A stretch of 64,000 nt of DNA, from assembly GCA_963643715.1 (NCBI GenBank), contig CAVILQ010000004.1:10955-74954 (forward strand), in the 5' to 3' direction. The translations under genes were made by a program, and so were the position numbers. Under the pieces are notes generated by a model. It ran no database searches. It was not told where the DNA came from and saw only the letters and a program-made list of their open reading frames with translations. This DNA comes from a bacterium (GTDB taxonomy: Bacteria; Bacillota_I; Bacilli_A; RFN20; CAG-288). Within the stretch, counting starts at the first letter, position 1. Each line of letters opens with the position of its first letter. Below, one piece after another: positions 53,777 through 63,317 of the stretch.

Positions 53777-55504
53777 TCATTTGAACTGTGACGCATACAT
53801 GGAGTAGTAGAAGCCTTGTTTCTGCATCAATACATTGTGACTTCCTTGCTCGATGATATGACCATCCTTCAAGACGAGGATGAGGTCGGAATTGCGGATG
53901 GTGGATAGACGATGTGCGATGACGATGGATGTCTTATTCTCAAGCAGTCTATCAAAGGCATCGGTGATGAGCTTTTCGGTTCTAGTATCGACATTGCTAG
54001 TCGCCTCATCAAGAATGACGATATCCGGCTCTAGAAGCATGACACGTGCGATGGTGAGCATCTGTCTTTCACCTTCGCTGAGTCCTTGCTTGGCGCTGAC
54101 TTTGGTGTCGTATCCATCCGGAAGGGTGTTGATGAAGGTGTCAGCGTGTGCTCTTTTGCAGGCATCGATGACTTCCTCATCGCTTGCGCTAGGTTTTGCG
54201 TAACGGACATTGTCCATGATGGTGCCGGTAAAGATCCAAGTCTCCTGAAGAACCATACCGAAATTCTTTCTCAAAGCAGATTTTTTGATGGTGGTTCCAT
54301 CGATTCCGTTGTAAAGAATGGCACCGGCAGTTGGATCGTAGAATCTCATCAGGACATTGATAAGAGTGGATTTTCCAGCGCCTGTGGGTCCGACAATAGC
54401 GACCTTTTCACCTTTATGGACTGTCTCATTGAAGTTTTCGATGAGCTTTTGATCTTTCTCGTAACTGAAGTACATATCCTTAAACTGGATTTCCTGAATG
54501 TCAGAGACATCACCGGTTCCTTCATCGATATCATCTGCCTTGTTTAGGAAGGCGTCGATTCTCTTGAAGGAGAAGACTGCGCTTTCATATTCGCTTAAGA
54601 CAGAACTGATTTCGTTGAAAGGCTTGGTGTACTGAGTTGTATAGCTTAAGAAGGAGGATAAAGAACCGATAGTCATAGCGGCATGATAGGCGCTAAGCAC
54701 ATTCGTATACGGAATCATGATGATACCAGAGATACCGATGATCGCATAAATCGTATTGTTGACTAAACGAGTGGTCGGATTGGTCCAGGAAGCAGAGAAC
54801 TGGGCAATCTTTCCTTCTTTTCTCAGTTCCTCATCCTGATTCTTGAATGAGGCAAGAGAACGTTTCTGATAATTGAGCGACTGTAAGCAGTCGATATTGT
54901 CAATGGCCTCTAAGGAGATACTGTTAAGATCAGACTGTAATTTAGCCTGTTTCTTGAAATACTTGTGTGAGAATTTGGCAACGAATCGAGACATAAGGAC
55001 GGAAAGAGGAGAGAGAAGGATGACACCAAGAGCAAGGATCCAGTTGACTGTGAACATCATGATGATGGTGATAAGGATGGATAATACACCTTCAATCAAG
55101 GACTTGAAGACAGAGAATAGACCATTGGCGACATTTTCGACATCTCCGATTTCAAGCTGGACTAAATCACCATGCTTTTCCTTGAAGATGGTCTCAACGG
55201 AGACGGAATTGAACTTTTTATAGACATCTTTTCTGATTTCATAGATGACTTTCTGAGTCATGATGCCTACGCTGTATTCGAAGATGAAGTCAGCAATGGC
55301 ACCGATAAGGGATAAACCGAAGCAGCAGGCAATGATGATGAGGAAGACATTCTGTTTTCCATCCAATGCGGCATTGAGTGCTTTTCCGACTAAGAACGGC
55401 TGAGATAACTGGGCAACGAGGAAGAGAAGAACAAAGAGAGCAACACGGAATATCAGCTTCTTCTGCGGAAGCAGATAAGAGAAGAAACGCTTTTTGTAAT
55501 CCAT
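53777..55504 (-). CDS. ABC exporter half-transporter (TMD-NBD), consensus catalytic Glu, degenerate signature
   Basis: Six TM segments plus an NBD. Walker A GPTGAGKST, signature LSEGERQ (instead of LSGGQ) and Walker B VILDEATSNVD. The start MDYKKRFF at 55504 has AAGGAG upstream, 1 nt after the partner gene's stop. Confidence 0.9.
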   Translation of the reverse strand: MDYKKRFFSYLLPQKKLIFRVALFVLLFLVAQLSQPFLVGKALNAALDGKQNVFLIIIACCFGLSLIGAIADFIFEYSVGIMTQKVIYEIRKDVYKKFNSVSVETIFKEKHGDLVQLEIGDVENVANGLFSVFKSLIEGVLSILITIIMMFTVNWILALGVILLSPLSVLMSRFVAKFSHKYFKKQAKLQSDLNSISLEAIDNIDCLQSLNYQKRSLASFKNQDEELRKEGKIAQFSASWTNPTTRLVNNTIYAIIGISGIIMIPYTNVLSAYHAAMTIGSLSSFLSYTTQYTKPFNEISSVLSEYESAVFSFKRIDAFLNKADDIDEGTGDVSDIQEIQFKDMYFSYEKDQKLIENFNETVHKGEKVAIVGPTGAGKSTLINVLMRFYDPTAGAILYNGIDGTTIKKSALRKNFGMVLQETWIFTGTIMDNVRYAKPSASDEEVIDACKRAHADTFINTLPDGYDTKVSAKQGLSEGERQMLTIARVMLLEPDIVILDEATSNVDTRTEKLITDAFDRLLENKTSIVIAHRLSTIRNSDLILVLKDGHIIEQGSHNVLMQKQGFYYSMYASQFK

Positions 55505-55505
55505 A

Positions 55506-57356
55506 TTAGTCGTTCTCCTTTCTGGTCTGACTTTCGTAGGTTTCACGATAGACAGAGCAGTTCTCCATCAGTTCCTCGTGAGTTCCTTTTCCAATCATCT
55601 TTCCACCTTCTAAGACAAGAATCAAATCGCAGTCAGAAACTGTGGAAACACGCTGTGAGACGATGACCTTGGTGATGCCGTTATACTGATTGTGAATATT
55701 GGAACGGACTGTCTTATCCGTCAATAAATCCAACGCGGACGTTGAATCATCCATGATGATGACTTCCGGATGCTTGACTAATGCTCTTGCGATACAAAGT
55801 CTTTGTCTTTGTCCGCCGGAGAAGTTCTTTCCGCCTTCCTCAACGCCGTAATCGATGTATTCCGGATACTTGCTGACAAATTCATAAGCCATCGCATTCT
55901 TAAGACTCTCTGTAATCTCCTCATCCGTGCAGTTTTCATTTGCCATCTGCATGTTGGAACGGATGGTTCCTTTGAAGAGGACGGATTTTTGCGGGACAAG
56001 AGCGATTTCCTCTCTCAGATTGGAAAGAGAATAGTTTTTGATGTCTTCGCCTTTGTAGATGACTTTACCATCACTGGCGTCTAAGAATCTTTCCATCAGG
56101 TTGATGAGTGTGGATTTACCGCTGCCTGTTCCACCGATAATACCTAAAGACTGGCCTTTGTTCAATTTGAAATCGATGTTCTGAAGGGCAAGGTTACCTT
56201 CATCCTTGTATCCGAGACTGACATTTTCAAAGGAGAAGATTTCCTCTCCCTGTTCAATGTTCTTCGTAATCGGATTGCTGCAATCCTGAATGGAAGGAGT
56301 GATGGTAAGGATGGAATCAATACGTTTTGTAGAGACACTGCTCTTTGTGAGGATCATAACGACATTGGTAAGCTGAACCAAAGTGGTGAAAATCTGGGCA
56401 AGGTAAGCGACTTCTGTGATGATAGTGGATGAGGTCTGGGAGGCTAAGATAGGATCGGTGGCGTTCGTGGAGAGAATCGGTAAACCGCCGAGCACGACAA
56501 CCATGGAAGTAGCCAAGGCGATGATTGCGAAAGTAAGAGGATTGATGAGAGCATTGAGCTTCTGAACGTGAGTTGCCGATTTACGGTAGTCTTCTGCCTT
56601 GTTGGAGAAATCCTCATCTTCCATTTTCTCTGAATTGAAGGCACGGATGACTTTAGCACCATCCAATGTATCAGAGGACTTGTTGGAAAGAGTATCGAGT
56701 TTTTCCTGAATGGTGAGATATTCCTTGCTGGATTTTCCCATGATGTAGAAGATGACAAATAGAATCAAAGGGATGATAGCTACGAAGACAAGACCAATCT
56801 TCCAATCTAGAATGATAGAGATGATAAGGGCACCTAAGATGATGAACGGGGCACGGACGATAAGACGAATGAAAATCAATACACCCTGCTGAACCTGATA
56901 GGAGTCTGCGTTAAGGATGGTAAGGAGTCTGTTGTTCCCTAGTTTTTCTCTGTCCTTCTTAGAAAGGGAGAGAATCTTCTGATAGATGGAATCTCTTAAA
57001 TCGGTTCCGACAGCAACTGCCGTTCTAGCAGCCACATACTGTGTAACCATCGTCGTAGCAAAGCCAAGTACACCCATGATCAGGATGATGGTGCCGCCGA
57101 TGATGGCGTAGTTAAGTGAAGGGTTGTTGTCAATCCATGTTCCAAACAGAAGTATGAACTTGGATATGCCCTTGTTGATTGTGTTCATGCCATAGAAAGG
57201 ATCTAAAGATGCAGATACGTTCTTCGAAAGGTCGATGATAGCCTTCATGAACAAAGGGATAAGAAGATCGAAAATCGCTTCGATCATCTTGAGTGATGGC
57301 CCTAATATGAGGGCAGGAATGTGCTTTTTGTAAGCGTCGCTTGTTTTGTTTAACAT
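55506..57356 (-). CDS. ABC exporter half-transporter (TMD-NBD), consensus signature, catalytic Glu replaced by Asp
   Basis: Walker A GGTGSGKST, signature [15 protein letters not shown] and Walker B IIMDDSTSALD (D in place of the catalytic E). Confidence 0.9.
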   Translation of the reverse strand: MLNKTSDAYKKHIPALILGPSLKMIEAIFDLLIPLFMKAIIDLSKNVSASLDPFYGMNTINKGISKFILLFGTWIDNNPSLNYAIIGGTIILIMGVLGFATTMVTQYVAARTAVAVGTDLRDSIYQKILSLSKKDREKLGNNRLLTILNADSYQVQQGVLIFIRLIVRAPFIILGALIISIILDWKIGLVFVAIIPLILFVIFYIMGKSSKEYLTIQEKLDTLSNKSSDTLDGAKVIRAFNSEKMEDEDFSNKAEDYRKSATHVQKLNALINPLTFAIIALATSMVVVLGGLPILSTNATDPILASQTSSTIITEVAYLAQIFTTLVQLTNVVMILTKSSVSTKRIDSILTITPSIQDCSNPITKNIEQGEEIFSFENVSLGYKDEGNLALQNIDFKLNKGQSLGIIGGTGSGKSTLINLMERFLDASDGKVIYKGEDIKNYSLSNLREEIALVPQKSVLFKGTIRSNMQMANENCTDEEITESLKNAMAYEFVSKYPEYIDYGVEEGGKNFSGGQRQRLCIARALVKHPEVIIMDDSTSALDLLTDKTVRSNIHNQYNGITKVIVSQRVSTVSDCDLILVLEGGKMIGKGTHEELMENCSVYRETYESQTRKEND

Positions 57357-57897
57357 AGTACCTCACATTTATTATTAAAATAAACTTAAATATTATATAT
57401 TATCTCATTTCACAAGGCATTAATTTTTTATGCGGATGGATGTCGAAAGTGAGATGGCGGATAATACCTAGAGCATATGAAAAGAACAACGAAAACGAGT
57501 CCTAAAAGGAATCTCATTTAGAAAATGCAACTCGTAACATAGAAAAAACAATTTGAACTAGAAAGGGATTTATGCAAAATGCAGACAATCTTGAATGTCT
57601 AAAAGTTTTCCAAGTTGGAAATTGGACATTAAAATGTTAAATCATAACATAGCGTTGATTAATTATAGTACTCTAATGAATCTTCTAAACAATTATTGCT
57701 ATTATTAGAATTGTCTAGATTTATCAACTTAAGCTGTTTCTATATCATTCATAAACCTAATCCTTGTTATGTTCCAACTGATTGTTCCATTGCACGAAAG
57801 GTGATGCATTTCTACTTTAGCGGATATCGTTTAAACGATTAGTTCTGTATACGATAGAATATGATGCTTGATAGTGAAAATGTGGTATGATTGAACT

Positions 57898-58416
57898 ATG
57901 GAATTCATTACGCGTTATTTTTCACCTTTGGGTGAAATCATCCTAACCAGTGATGGTTTATCTCTTACTGGATTGCGTTTTACTGAATATGATGAAGTGA
58001 AACAGGAAAGTTTTCCGAATATAGAAAACTATGAGATACCCGTCTTTAAAGAAACAAAGAGATGGTTGGATGAATACTTTTCATTCACAATTCCTACATT
58101 TAGCCCATCCTTTCTATTGAATGGTACAGAATTTCAAAAGAAAGTTTGGTCAATACTCCTTAAGGTGCCATATGGGAAGACGATTACATATGGTGAAATT
58201 GCCAATTGCATTGCTATAAAAAGAGGAAATAAGAAAATGTCAGCACAGGCAGTCGGTCAAGCAGTCGGACATAATCCGATAGCATTGATTGTACCCTGCC
58301 ATCGAGTTGTTGGAAAAGATGGGAAGATAACAGGTTACGCATATGGTATCGAAAGGAAAATCAAACTGCTGAGTTTAGAGAGGAGTCAGGCAAAGGAAGG
58401 CAAATTCAATGCATGA
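57898..58416 (+). CDS. ogt: Methylated-DNA--protein-cysteine methyltransferase
   Basis: Active site LIVPCHRVV. Helix-turn-helix region YGKTITYGEIA and QAVGQAVGHNPIA. Confidence 0.9.
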   Translation: MEFITRYFSPLGEIILTSDGLSLTGLRFTEYDEVKQESFPNIENYEIPVFKETKRWLDEYFSFTIPTFSPSFLLNGTEFQKKVWSILLKVPYGKTITYGEIANCIAIKRGNKKMSAQAVGQAVGHNPIALIVPCHRVVGKDGKITGYAYGIERKIKLLSLERSQAKEGKFNA

Positions 58417-58443
58417 TATTTGTGTTGAAAGGACTGAAAACAC

Positions 58444-58471
58444 TTGTTTTCCTATTAAATAATGATATAAT
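58444..58471 (+). promoter_or_regulatory. Sigma-A-type promoter of the rimP-nusA-infB operon
   Basis: TTGTTT (58444..58449), a 16-nt spacer, then TGaTATAAT. The latter is an extended -10 with a perfect TATAAT at 58466..58471. Confidence 0.5.
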
Positions 58472-58528
58472 TCTCTTGTCAGCAAAACTGTCAAAAGTTT
58501 TGTGGCGCACATTCTTAATCGAAAATTA

Positions 58529-58566
58529 AGAGTGGACTTCCTTTTTGGGGGTCCACTCTTTCTCTT
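58529..58566 (+). terminator. Terminator-like hairpin in the rimP leader (possible attenuator)
   Basis: AGAGTGGAC-13 nt loop-GTCCACTCT followed by TTCTCTT. It ends 15 nt before the rimP start and lies downstream of the predicted promoter. Confidence 0.45.
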
Positions 58567-58580
58567 ATAAGGAGGTAAGA

Positions 58581-59042
58581 ATGGATCAAGTTTTATTGGA
58601 AAAAGCAAAAGAGATGTTCCAAAAATCTGCGGATGAACTCGGCTTGACTTTAGTCTCTGTCCGCTACTATGTCTCAAAGGAAGAGGGACCAGTGCTTGAA
58701 GTCCTTATCGATCGTGACTTTGAAATCACAATGGATGAGATTGAGGCCTTTACAGAAAAGGTCAATCCGCTTCTTGATGAGCTTGACGACTCGGAGGAAG
58801 GATATCTTCTCGATATCTCATCTGGTGGAAGTCAAAGAGAAATCCCGTTTGCGACATTAGGCAAGTTTGTCTTGAGATGGCTTGATGTCAAACTGAAAAA
58901 GTCCGGTGAAGTCATCACGATGCAGTTAGACAAATTTGAAGATGACAAAGCTTATCTGCATCATTTCATCAAAGGAAGAAAAAAACAAGAAGTTCTTACT
59001 GAAGATGATGTTGACACGATACATATTGGTTATAAAGCTTAG
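58581..59042 (+). CDS. rimP: Ribosome maturation factor RimP
   Basis: Start MDQVLLEKAKEMF at 58581, with AAGGAGG upstream; the ORF-track start at 58545 lies inside the leader hairpin. LEVLIDRD and LDISSGG motifs. Conserved position before nusA. Confidence 0.85.
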   Translation: MDQVLLEKAKEMFQKSADELGLTLVSVRYYVSKEEGPVLEVLIDRDFEITMDEIEAFTEKVNPLLDELDDSEEGYLLDISSGGSQREIPFATLGKFVLRWLDVKLKKSGEVITMQLDKFEDDKAYLHHFIKGRKKQEVLTEDDVDTIHIGYKA

Positions 59043-59071
59043 ATATAAAAATTCAATGGAGGAAAAACAAA

Positions 59072-60910
59072 ATGTCTGAGGAACTTAACGATTTAGAAGT
59101 TGAAAAAACAAAGAAAAGAAAATCAAAGAAGAAATCATTGGATCAGTTCGGAAACGTCGATTCTGATGCTTTCACCACGGCTCTTAGCGATGTCACAAAA
59201 GAGAGCATGATCGATCAGCAGACTGTCTATGATATCCTTATCGATAGCATGAAGACAGCTTACTTGGAATGGTCTTATCCGGAACTCCGCGATAAGAGCA
59301 ACAAGGAAGAGAATGAACTCTTAAAGACACAGATTCGCTGTGAAGTCAAATTCGTCAAAGATTTCAAGCATTATGAAATCTATGATCTTAAGGTCATCAC
59401 TCCTGAAGATGAAATCGAGGATGATGCCTGGCAGATTTCTCCTGAGGATTATTACTCCCTCACGAAGAAGGATGCAGAAGATGGTGAGACTGTTGAAATC
59501 CCATTCGATGTCAGCAAACTTGACAAATGGTTCACAAGAAGAGTCAAACAGCTCCTTAACAGCAAGATGAAGGAAGCAAGCAAACTCGCTGTCCTCACTG
59601 CTTATAAGAATCAGATGGGTGGACTCATCGAAGGTAAGGTCATCAAGGCTGATAAAGATAATCAGAACTATGAATTCTCCTTCGGTAAGGCAACTACCTA
59701 TATTAAGAAGGATTCCAAGAAGATTCTTCCTAATGATCGTTTCGATGTCGGTGATACAGTTCTCTTCTATCTTGATAAGGTTTCCGAAAACGGAAGCCCG
59801 ACATCCCTTGATGTCAATCGTACCAGCACGAAGTTCGTCGAGAAGCTTATGGAAAGAGAGATTCCTGAAGTCGCTGAGAAGATTGTCACTGTCAAAGGCA
59901 TCGCCCGTGAACCTGGAAGAAGATGCAAAGTCTTCGTTCAGTCCAACAATCCTTCCATCGATCCTATCGGTACCTGCATCGGTCCTGAAGCCAGCCGTCA
60001 GAGAAGCATCTCCGCTGTCATGAGAGGCGAAAAGATCGACTTCTGCAAATGGCATCCGAATAAGGCAATGCAGATCATGGAAGCCATGAAGCCTGCAGAT
60101 GTCATCGGTATGACATGCCCGGATGATTTCTTCGATAAGAATGTCCACTATGAAGAGTTCGAGAATGACAGAGAATATGAGCATCCTCAGATCACTGTCA
60201 TTGTCAATAACGGTGCCCAGGGTGTCGCTATCGGTTCCAATGGTTCCAACGTCCGTCTTGCTTCTCATCTTTCTAAGTGCAAACTCACTGTCCTTCAGAT
60301 TGATGATGCCATGCAGAACGGTGTCAAATACACAATGGTTCCTGAGATTCTCCGTCTTGTCGATAACATGTATCCTGAATTGGCAGCTGCTGAACCGGTT
60401 GTTGCTCAGCCTGTCGCTGATGAGAGTGATATCGAAGAGGTTTTAGACGAAGAGGTCAAACCGATGAATCCGGAGACTGCTTCTGTCGAAGTCAAAGCCG
60501 AAGACAAACCGGTTGAAGAAGTCAAGTCTGTTGAAGTGACTCCTGAAGTCAAGGAAGAGACTCCGGTTGTTGAAGAAAAGCCTGTCGAGAAGAAAGAAGA
60601 AGTGATTGAACATGTCGAGATCATGAACAAGCCGAAGATTTCTCTTGATGCACTAGAAGCTGCCATGTCCCAGAAGAAAGGACCTAGCGAGACAAGATCC
60701 TATCGCAGAAAGAAGAAGGGCGATGATGCAGATAAGAAGACAGAAGCCACAGAAGCATCTAAGGCTGCCGCTATGCCGATCTACACTCAGGAAGAACTCG
60801 ACGCCATGGATCAGCAGAATGAGGATGAGGACGACAACATCGATTACGATGATGAGGAACTCGATCAGTACTATTCTGATAAGTACTATGACGATGATTC
60901 CGGAAAATAA
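59072..60910 (+). CDS. nusA: Transcription termination/antitermination factor NusA with Lys-rich N-terminal and long acidic C-terminal extensions
   Basis: S1 domain (GGLIEGKVIKAD) and KH domains (REPGRRCKVFVQSNNPSIDPIGTCIGPEASRQRSI and NGAQGVAIGSNGSNVRLASHLS). 612 aa. Confidence 0.95.
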   Translation: MSEELNDLEVEKTKKRKSKKKSLDQFGNVDSDAFTTALSDVTKESMIDQQTVYDILIDSMKTAYLEWSYPELRDKSNKEENELLKTQIRCEVKFVKDFKHYEIYDLKVITPEDEIEDDAWQISPEDYYSLTKKDAEDGETVEIPFDVSKLDKWFTRRVKQLLNSKMKEASKLAVLTAYKNQMGGLIEGKVIKADKDNQNYEFSFGKATTYIKKDSKKILPNDRFDVGDTVLFYLDKVSENGSPTSLDVNRTSTKFVEKLMEREIPEVAEKIVTVKGIAREPGRRCKVFVQSNNPSIDPIGTCIGPEASRQRSISAVMRGEKIDFCKWHPNKAMQIMEAMKPADVIGMTCPDDFFDKNVHYEEFENDREYEHPQITVIVNNGAQGVAIGSNGSNVRLASHLSKCKLTVLQIDDAMQNGVKYTMVPEILRLVDNMYPELAAAEPVVAQPVADESDIEEVLDEEVKPMNPETASVEVKAEDKPVEEVKSVEVTPEVKEETPVVEEKPVEKKEEVIEHVEIMNKPKISLDALEAAMSQKKGPSETRSYRRKKKGDDADKKTEATEASKAAAMPIYTQEELDAMDQQNEDEDDNIDYDDEELDQYYSDKYYDDDSGK

Positions 60911-60915
60911 ACGCT

Positions 60916-61188
60916 GTGAAAGAATTTGTAGTCTATAGAATGGATCTCCTCTCGCGTGTGAAATATCCACGTGAGAGACTCCTTCGCCTAGTTGTCATGG
61001 GGGATAAGAAAGTCGTAATCGATCCTACTTATTCCATAAAAGGCAGAGGAGTCTATGTTCTGAAAGATGAAGAACAGATCAAAAAGACTTTTCAGAAGAA
61101 AAGACTGTCTAAGATTGTTCCACAATCTAACGAGGCAGCTTTGATGGAGGAAATGATCGAATATGTCAGAAGAGGAAATCAGCAATAA
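60916..61188 (+). CDS. ylxR: YlxR/DUF448-family RNA-binding protein
   Basis: Conserved operon position. PRERLLRLVV...IDPTYSIKGRGVYV pattern. The start is the GTG at 60916 or the ATG at 60940. Confidence 0.7.
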   Translation: MKEFVVYRMDLLSRVKYPRERLLRLVVMGDKKVVIDPTYSIKGRGVYVLKDEEQIKKTFQKKRLSKIVPQSNEAALMEEMIEYVRRGNQQ

Positions 61189-61513
61189 ACTTTCTGCTTA
61201 TCTTGGCTTTGCCAAGAAGAAGAAAAGCATCTATGTCGGAATGAAATTAGAGGAAATGCTTTCTCTTTCTAAGATTGCATTACTTGTTATTCTTCCGGAA
61301 TGCTCTACGAAAAACGAAGAAAAACTTCTTCGTATCGCTCCGACTGACAAGCTATTTCAATCCATTCGCTATCAGGGAAGCTTTGATGTCAAGGCCTGTC
61401 TTGGCTTTGACAAATTAAAGGCCTTCGGTGTCAAGGATGTGTCCTTAGCCAAGGCTATATACGAGACGATGAAGAGAGAAAACGATAAGGAGGCAAAGAA
61501 TGAGCAAATCTAA
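61163..61513 (+). CDS. ylxQ: L7Ae/YlxQ-family ribosomal-protein-like protein
   Basis: Conserved operon position between ylxR and infB. LGFAKKKKSIYVGMK pattern. Confidence 0.65.
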   Translation: MSEEEISNKLSAYLGFAKKKKSIYVGMKLEEMLSLSKIALLVILPECSTKNEEKLLRIAPTDKLFQSIRYQGSFDVKACLGFDKLKAFGVKDVSLAKAIYETMKRENDKEAKNEQI

Positions 61514-63317
61514 AAACGCAAAAAGAGGTGGCAATAATTCATCCTTTGGAAAGAAGGTACAGGGACAGGTTCAAAATGGTGTCTTTGTCTACAATGGTGT
61601 CCTTACTTTGGACCAGTTGTGCAAGAAGACCGGAATCTCCCCGACCGATACAATCAAGAAATTCTTGATGCAGGGAAAACTGATTTCCCTCAACACAGTC
61701 TTAAGCGATGATCTCATCGCTGAAGTCTGCATTGAAAACGGACTTGATTTTAAGAAAGAGGCTGGTGGATCTGTTGATGATTTCACCAAAGTCTCCATCT
61801 TTGACAAAGATACCGATTCCGATACAAGAGCACCGGTTGTCACAATTATGGGACATGTCGATCACGGCAAGACTACTCTTATCGACTGTATCCGTCATTC
61901 CAATATTACCGGTGGTGAACATGGCGGTATCACACAGGAAATCGGTGCCTATCAGAAAGTCGTCCAAGGAAAGAAAATCACCTTTATTGATACTCCTGGT
62001 CACGAAGCATTCACTGCCATGCGTGCACGTGGTGCTTCCATGACCGATATTGTTGTCCTTGTCGTCGCTGCGGATGATGGTGTCAAGCCTCAGACAATCG
62101 AGGCTATCGACCATGCCAAAGCCGCTAATGTTCCGATCATTGTCGCTATCAATAAGATTGATAAGCCCGCTGCTCAGATTGAAAGAGTCAAGCAACAGCT
62201 TTCTGGTCTTGGCGTTCTTGCTGAGGACTGGGGCGGTGATGTCATGATGTTCCCGGTTTCTGCTAAGAGAAATCAAGGAGTTGATACCTTGCTTGAAGGT
62301 ATTCTTGACCTTGCTGAAATCTTGGAATTGAAGGCTACGGATGAACGTCCTGCCATCGGTTCTGTCATCGAAGCAGAACTTGACAAGAAGGAAGGTGCAA
62401 AGGCTACCCTTCTTGTCCAGAATGGTACTTTGAAGGTCGGTGATACTTTGGCTATCGGTCCTTACTATTGTAAGGTTAGAAAGATGACCAATGAATTCAA
62501 TAAGGCTCTTAAAGTCGCTGGTCCTTCTACTCCTGTCTCTGTTACAGGTATCTCTGGTGTTCCTGTCGCTGGTGACCGTTTTATGGCTTTCAGTGATGAA
62601 CACGAAGCAAGAGAAGCTGCTGATAAGCGTGCTCAGGCCCTTATCGGAAAGAACAACACGGGTGTTTCCTTAGCCGATTTGGCACAGTCTGCCGCCAATG
62701 GCGAAAGCCAGAACATCAACTTAATCGTCAAAGCTGATACTCAGGGTTCTGCTGAAGCCTTGAAGGCATCCTTAGAGAAAATCGATGTTCCTGGCGCTAA
62801 GCTTTCCATTCTCCATTGCTCATCTGGCGATGTGTCACAAGGAGACTTAGTCTTAGCATCTGCTTCGCATGCCATTGTCTTAGCCTTCTCTGTCCGTGTC
62901 AGCACCGCAATTCGCGACATGGCAAAGAATGATCATGTCGAAATCCGTGAATACAATATTATCTATAAGCTTTTGGAAGATATCGAGGCTGCCATGAAGG
63001 GTACCTTAGGACCGGTCTATGAGGAAGTCATCTATGGCCATTTAGAAGTCCGTTCTCTCTTTAAGGCTAGCAAGGTCGGCCAGATTGCAGGATGTTATGT
63101 GACAGACGGTAAAGTCACCAACACTTCCGAAATCCGTGTCTTCAGAAACAAGGAACTTGTTCTCAAGACTCATCTCACTTCCTTAAAGCGTTTTAAAGAC
63201 GATGCCAAGGAAGTCAATATGGGATTCGAATGCGGTCTTACTATCTCCGATAAGTTTGATTTGGAAATCGGCGATATCTTAGAGGCCTTCGGTCAGGAGG
63301 AAGTCAAGAATGGCTGA
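61500..63317 (+). CDS. infB: Translation initiation factor IF-2 (short N-terminal region)
   Basis: G domain IMGHVDHGKTTLID, DTPGHEAF and NKID. C-terminal domains LIVKADTQGSAEAL and GFECGL. Confidence 0.97.
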   Translation: MSKSKNAKRGGNNSSFGKKVQGQVQNGVFVYNGVLTLDQLCKKTGISPTDTIKKFLMQGKLISLNTVLSDDLIAEVCIENGLDFKKEAGGSVDDFTKVSIFDKDTDSDTRAPVVTIMGHVDHGKTTLIDCIRHSNITGGEHGGITQEIGAYQKVVQGKKITFIDTPGHEAFTAMRARGASMTDIVVLVVAADDGVKPQTIEAIDHAKAANVPIIVAINKIDKPAAQIERVKQQLSGLGVLAEDWGGDVMMFPVSAKRNQGVDTLLEGILDLAEILELKATDERPAIGSVIEAELDKKEGAKATLLVQNGTLKVGDTLAIGPYYCKVRKMTNEFNKALKVAGPSTPVSVTGISGVPVAGDRFMAFSDEHEAREAADKRAQALIGKNNTGVSLADLAQSAANGESQNINLIVKADTQGSAEALKASLEKIDVPGAKLSILHCSSGDVSQGDLVLASASHAIVLAFSVRVSTAIRDMAKNDHVEIREYNIIYKLLEDIEAAMKGTLGPVYEEVIYGHLEVRSLFKASKVGQIAGCYVTDGKVTNTSEIRVFRNKELVLKTHLTSLKRFKDDAKEVNMGFECGLTISDKFDLEIGDILEAFGQEEVKNG

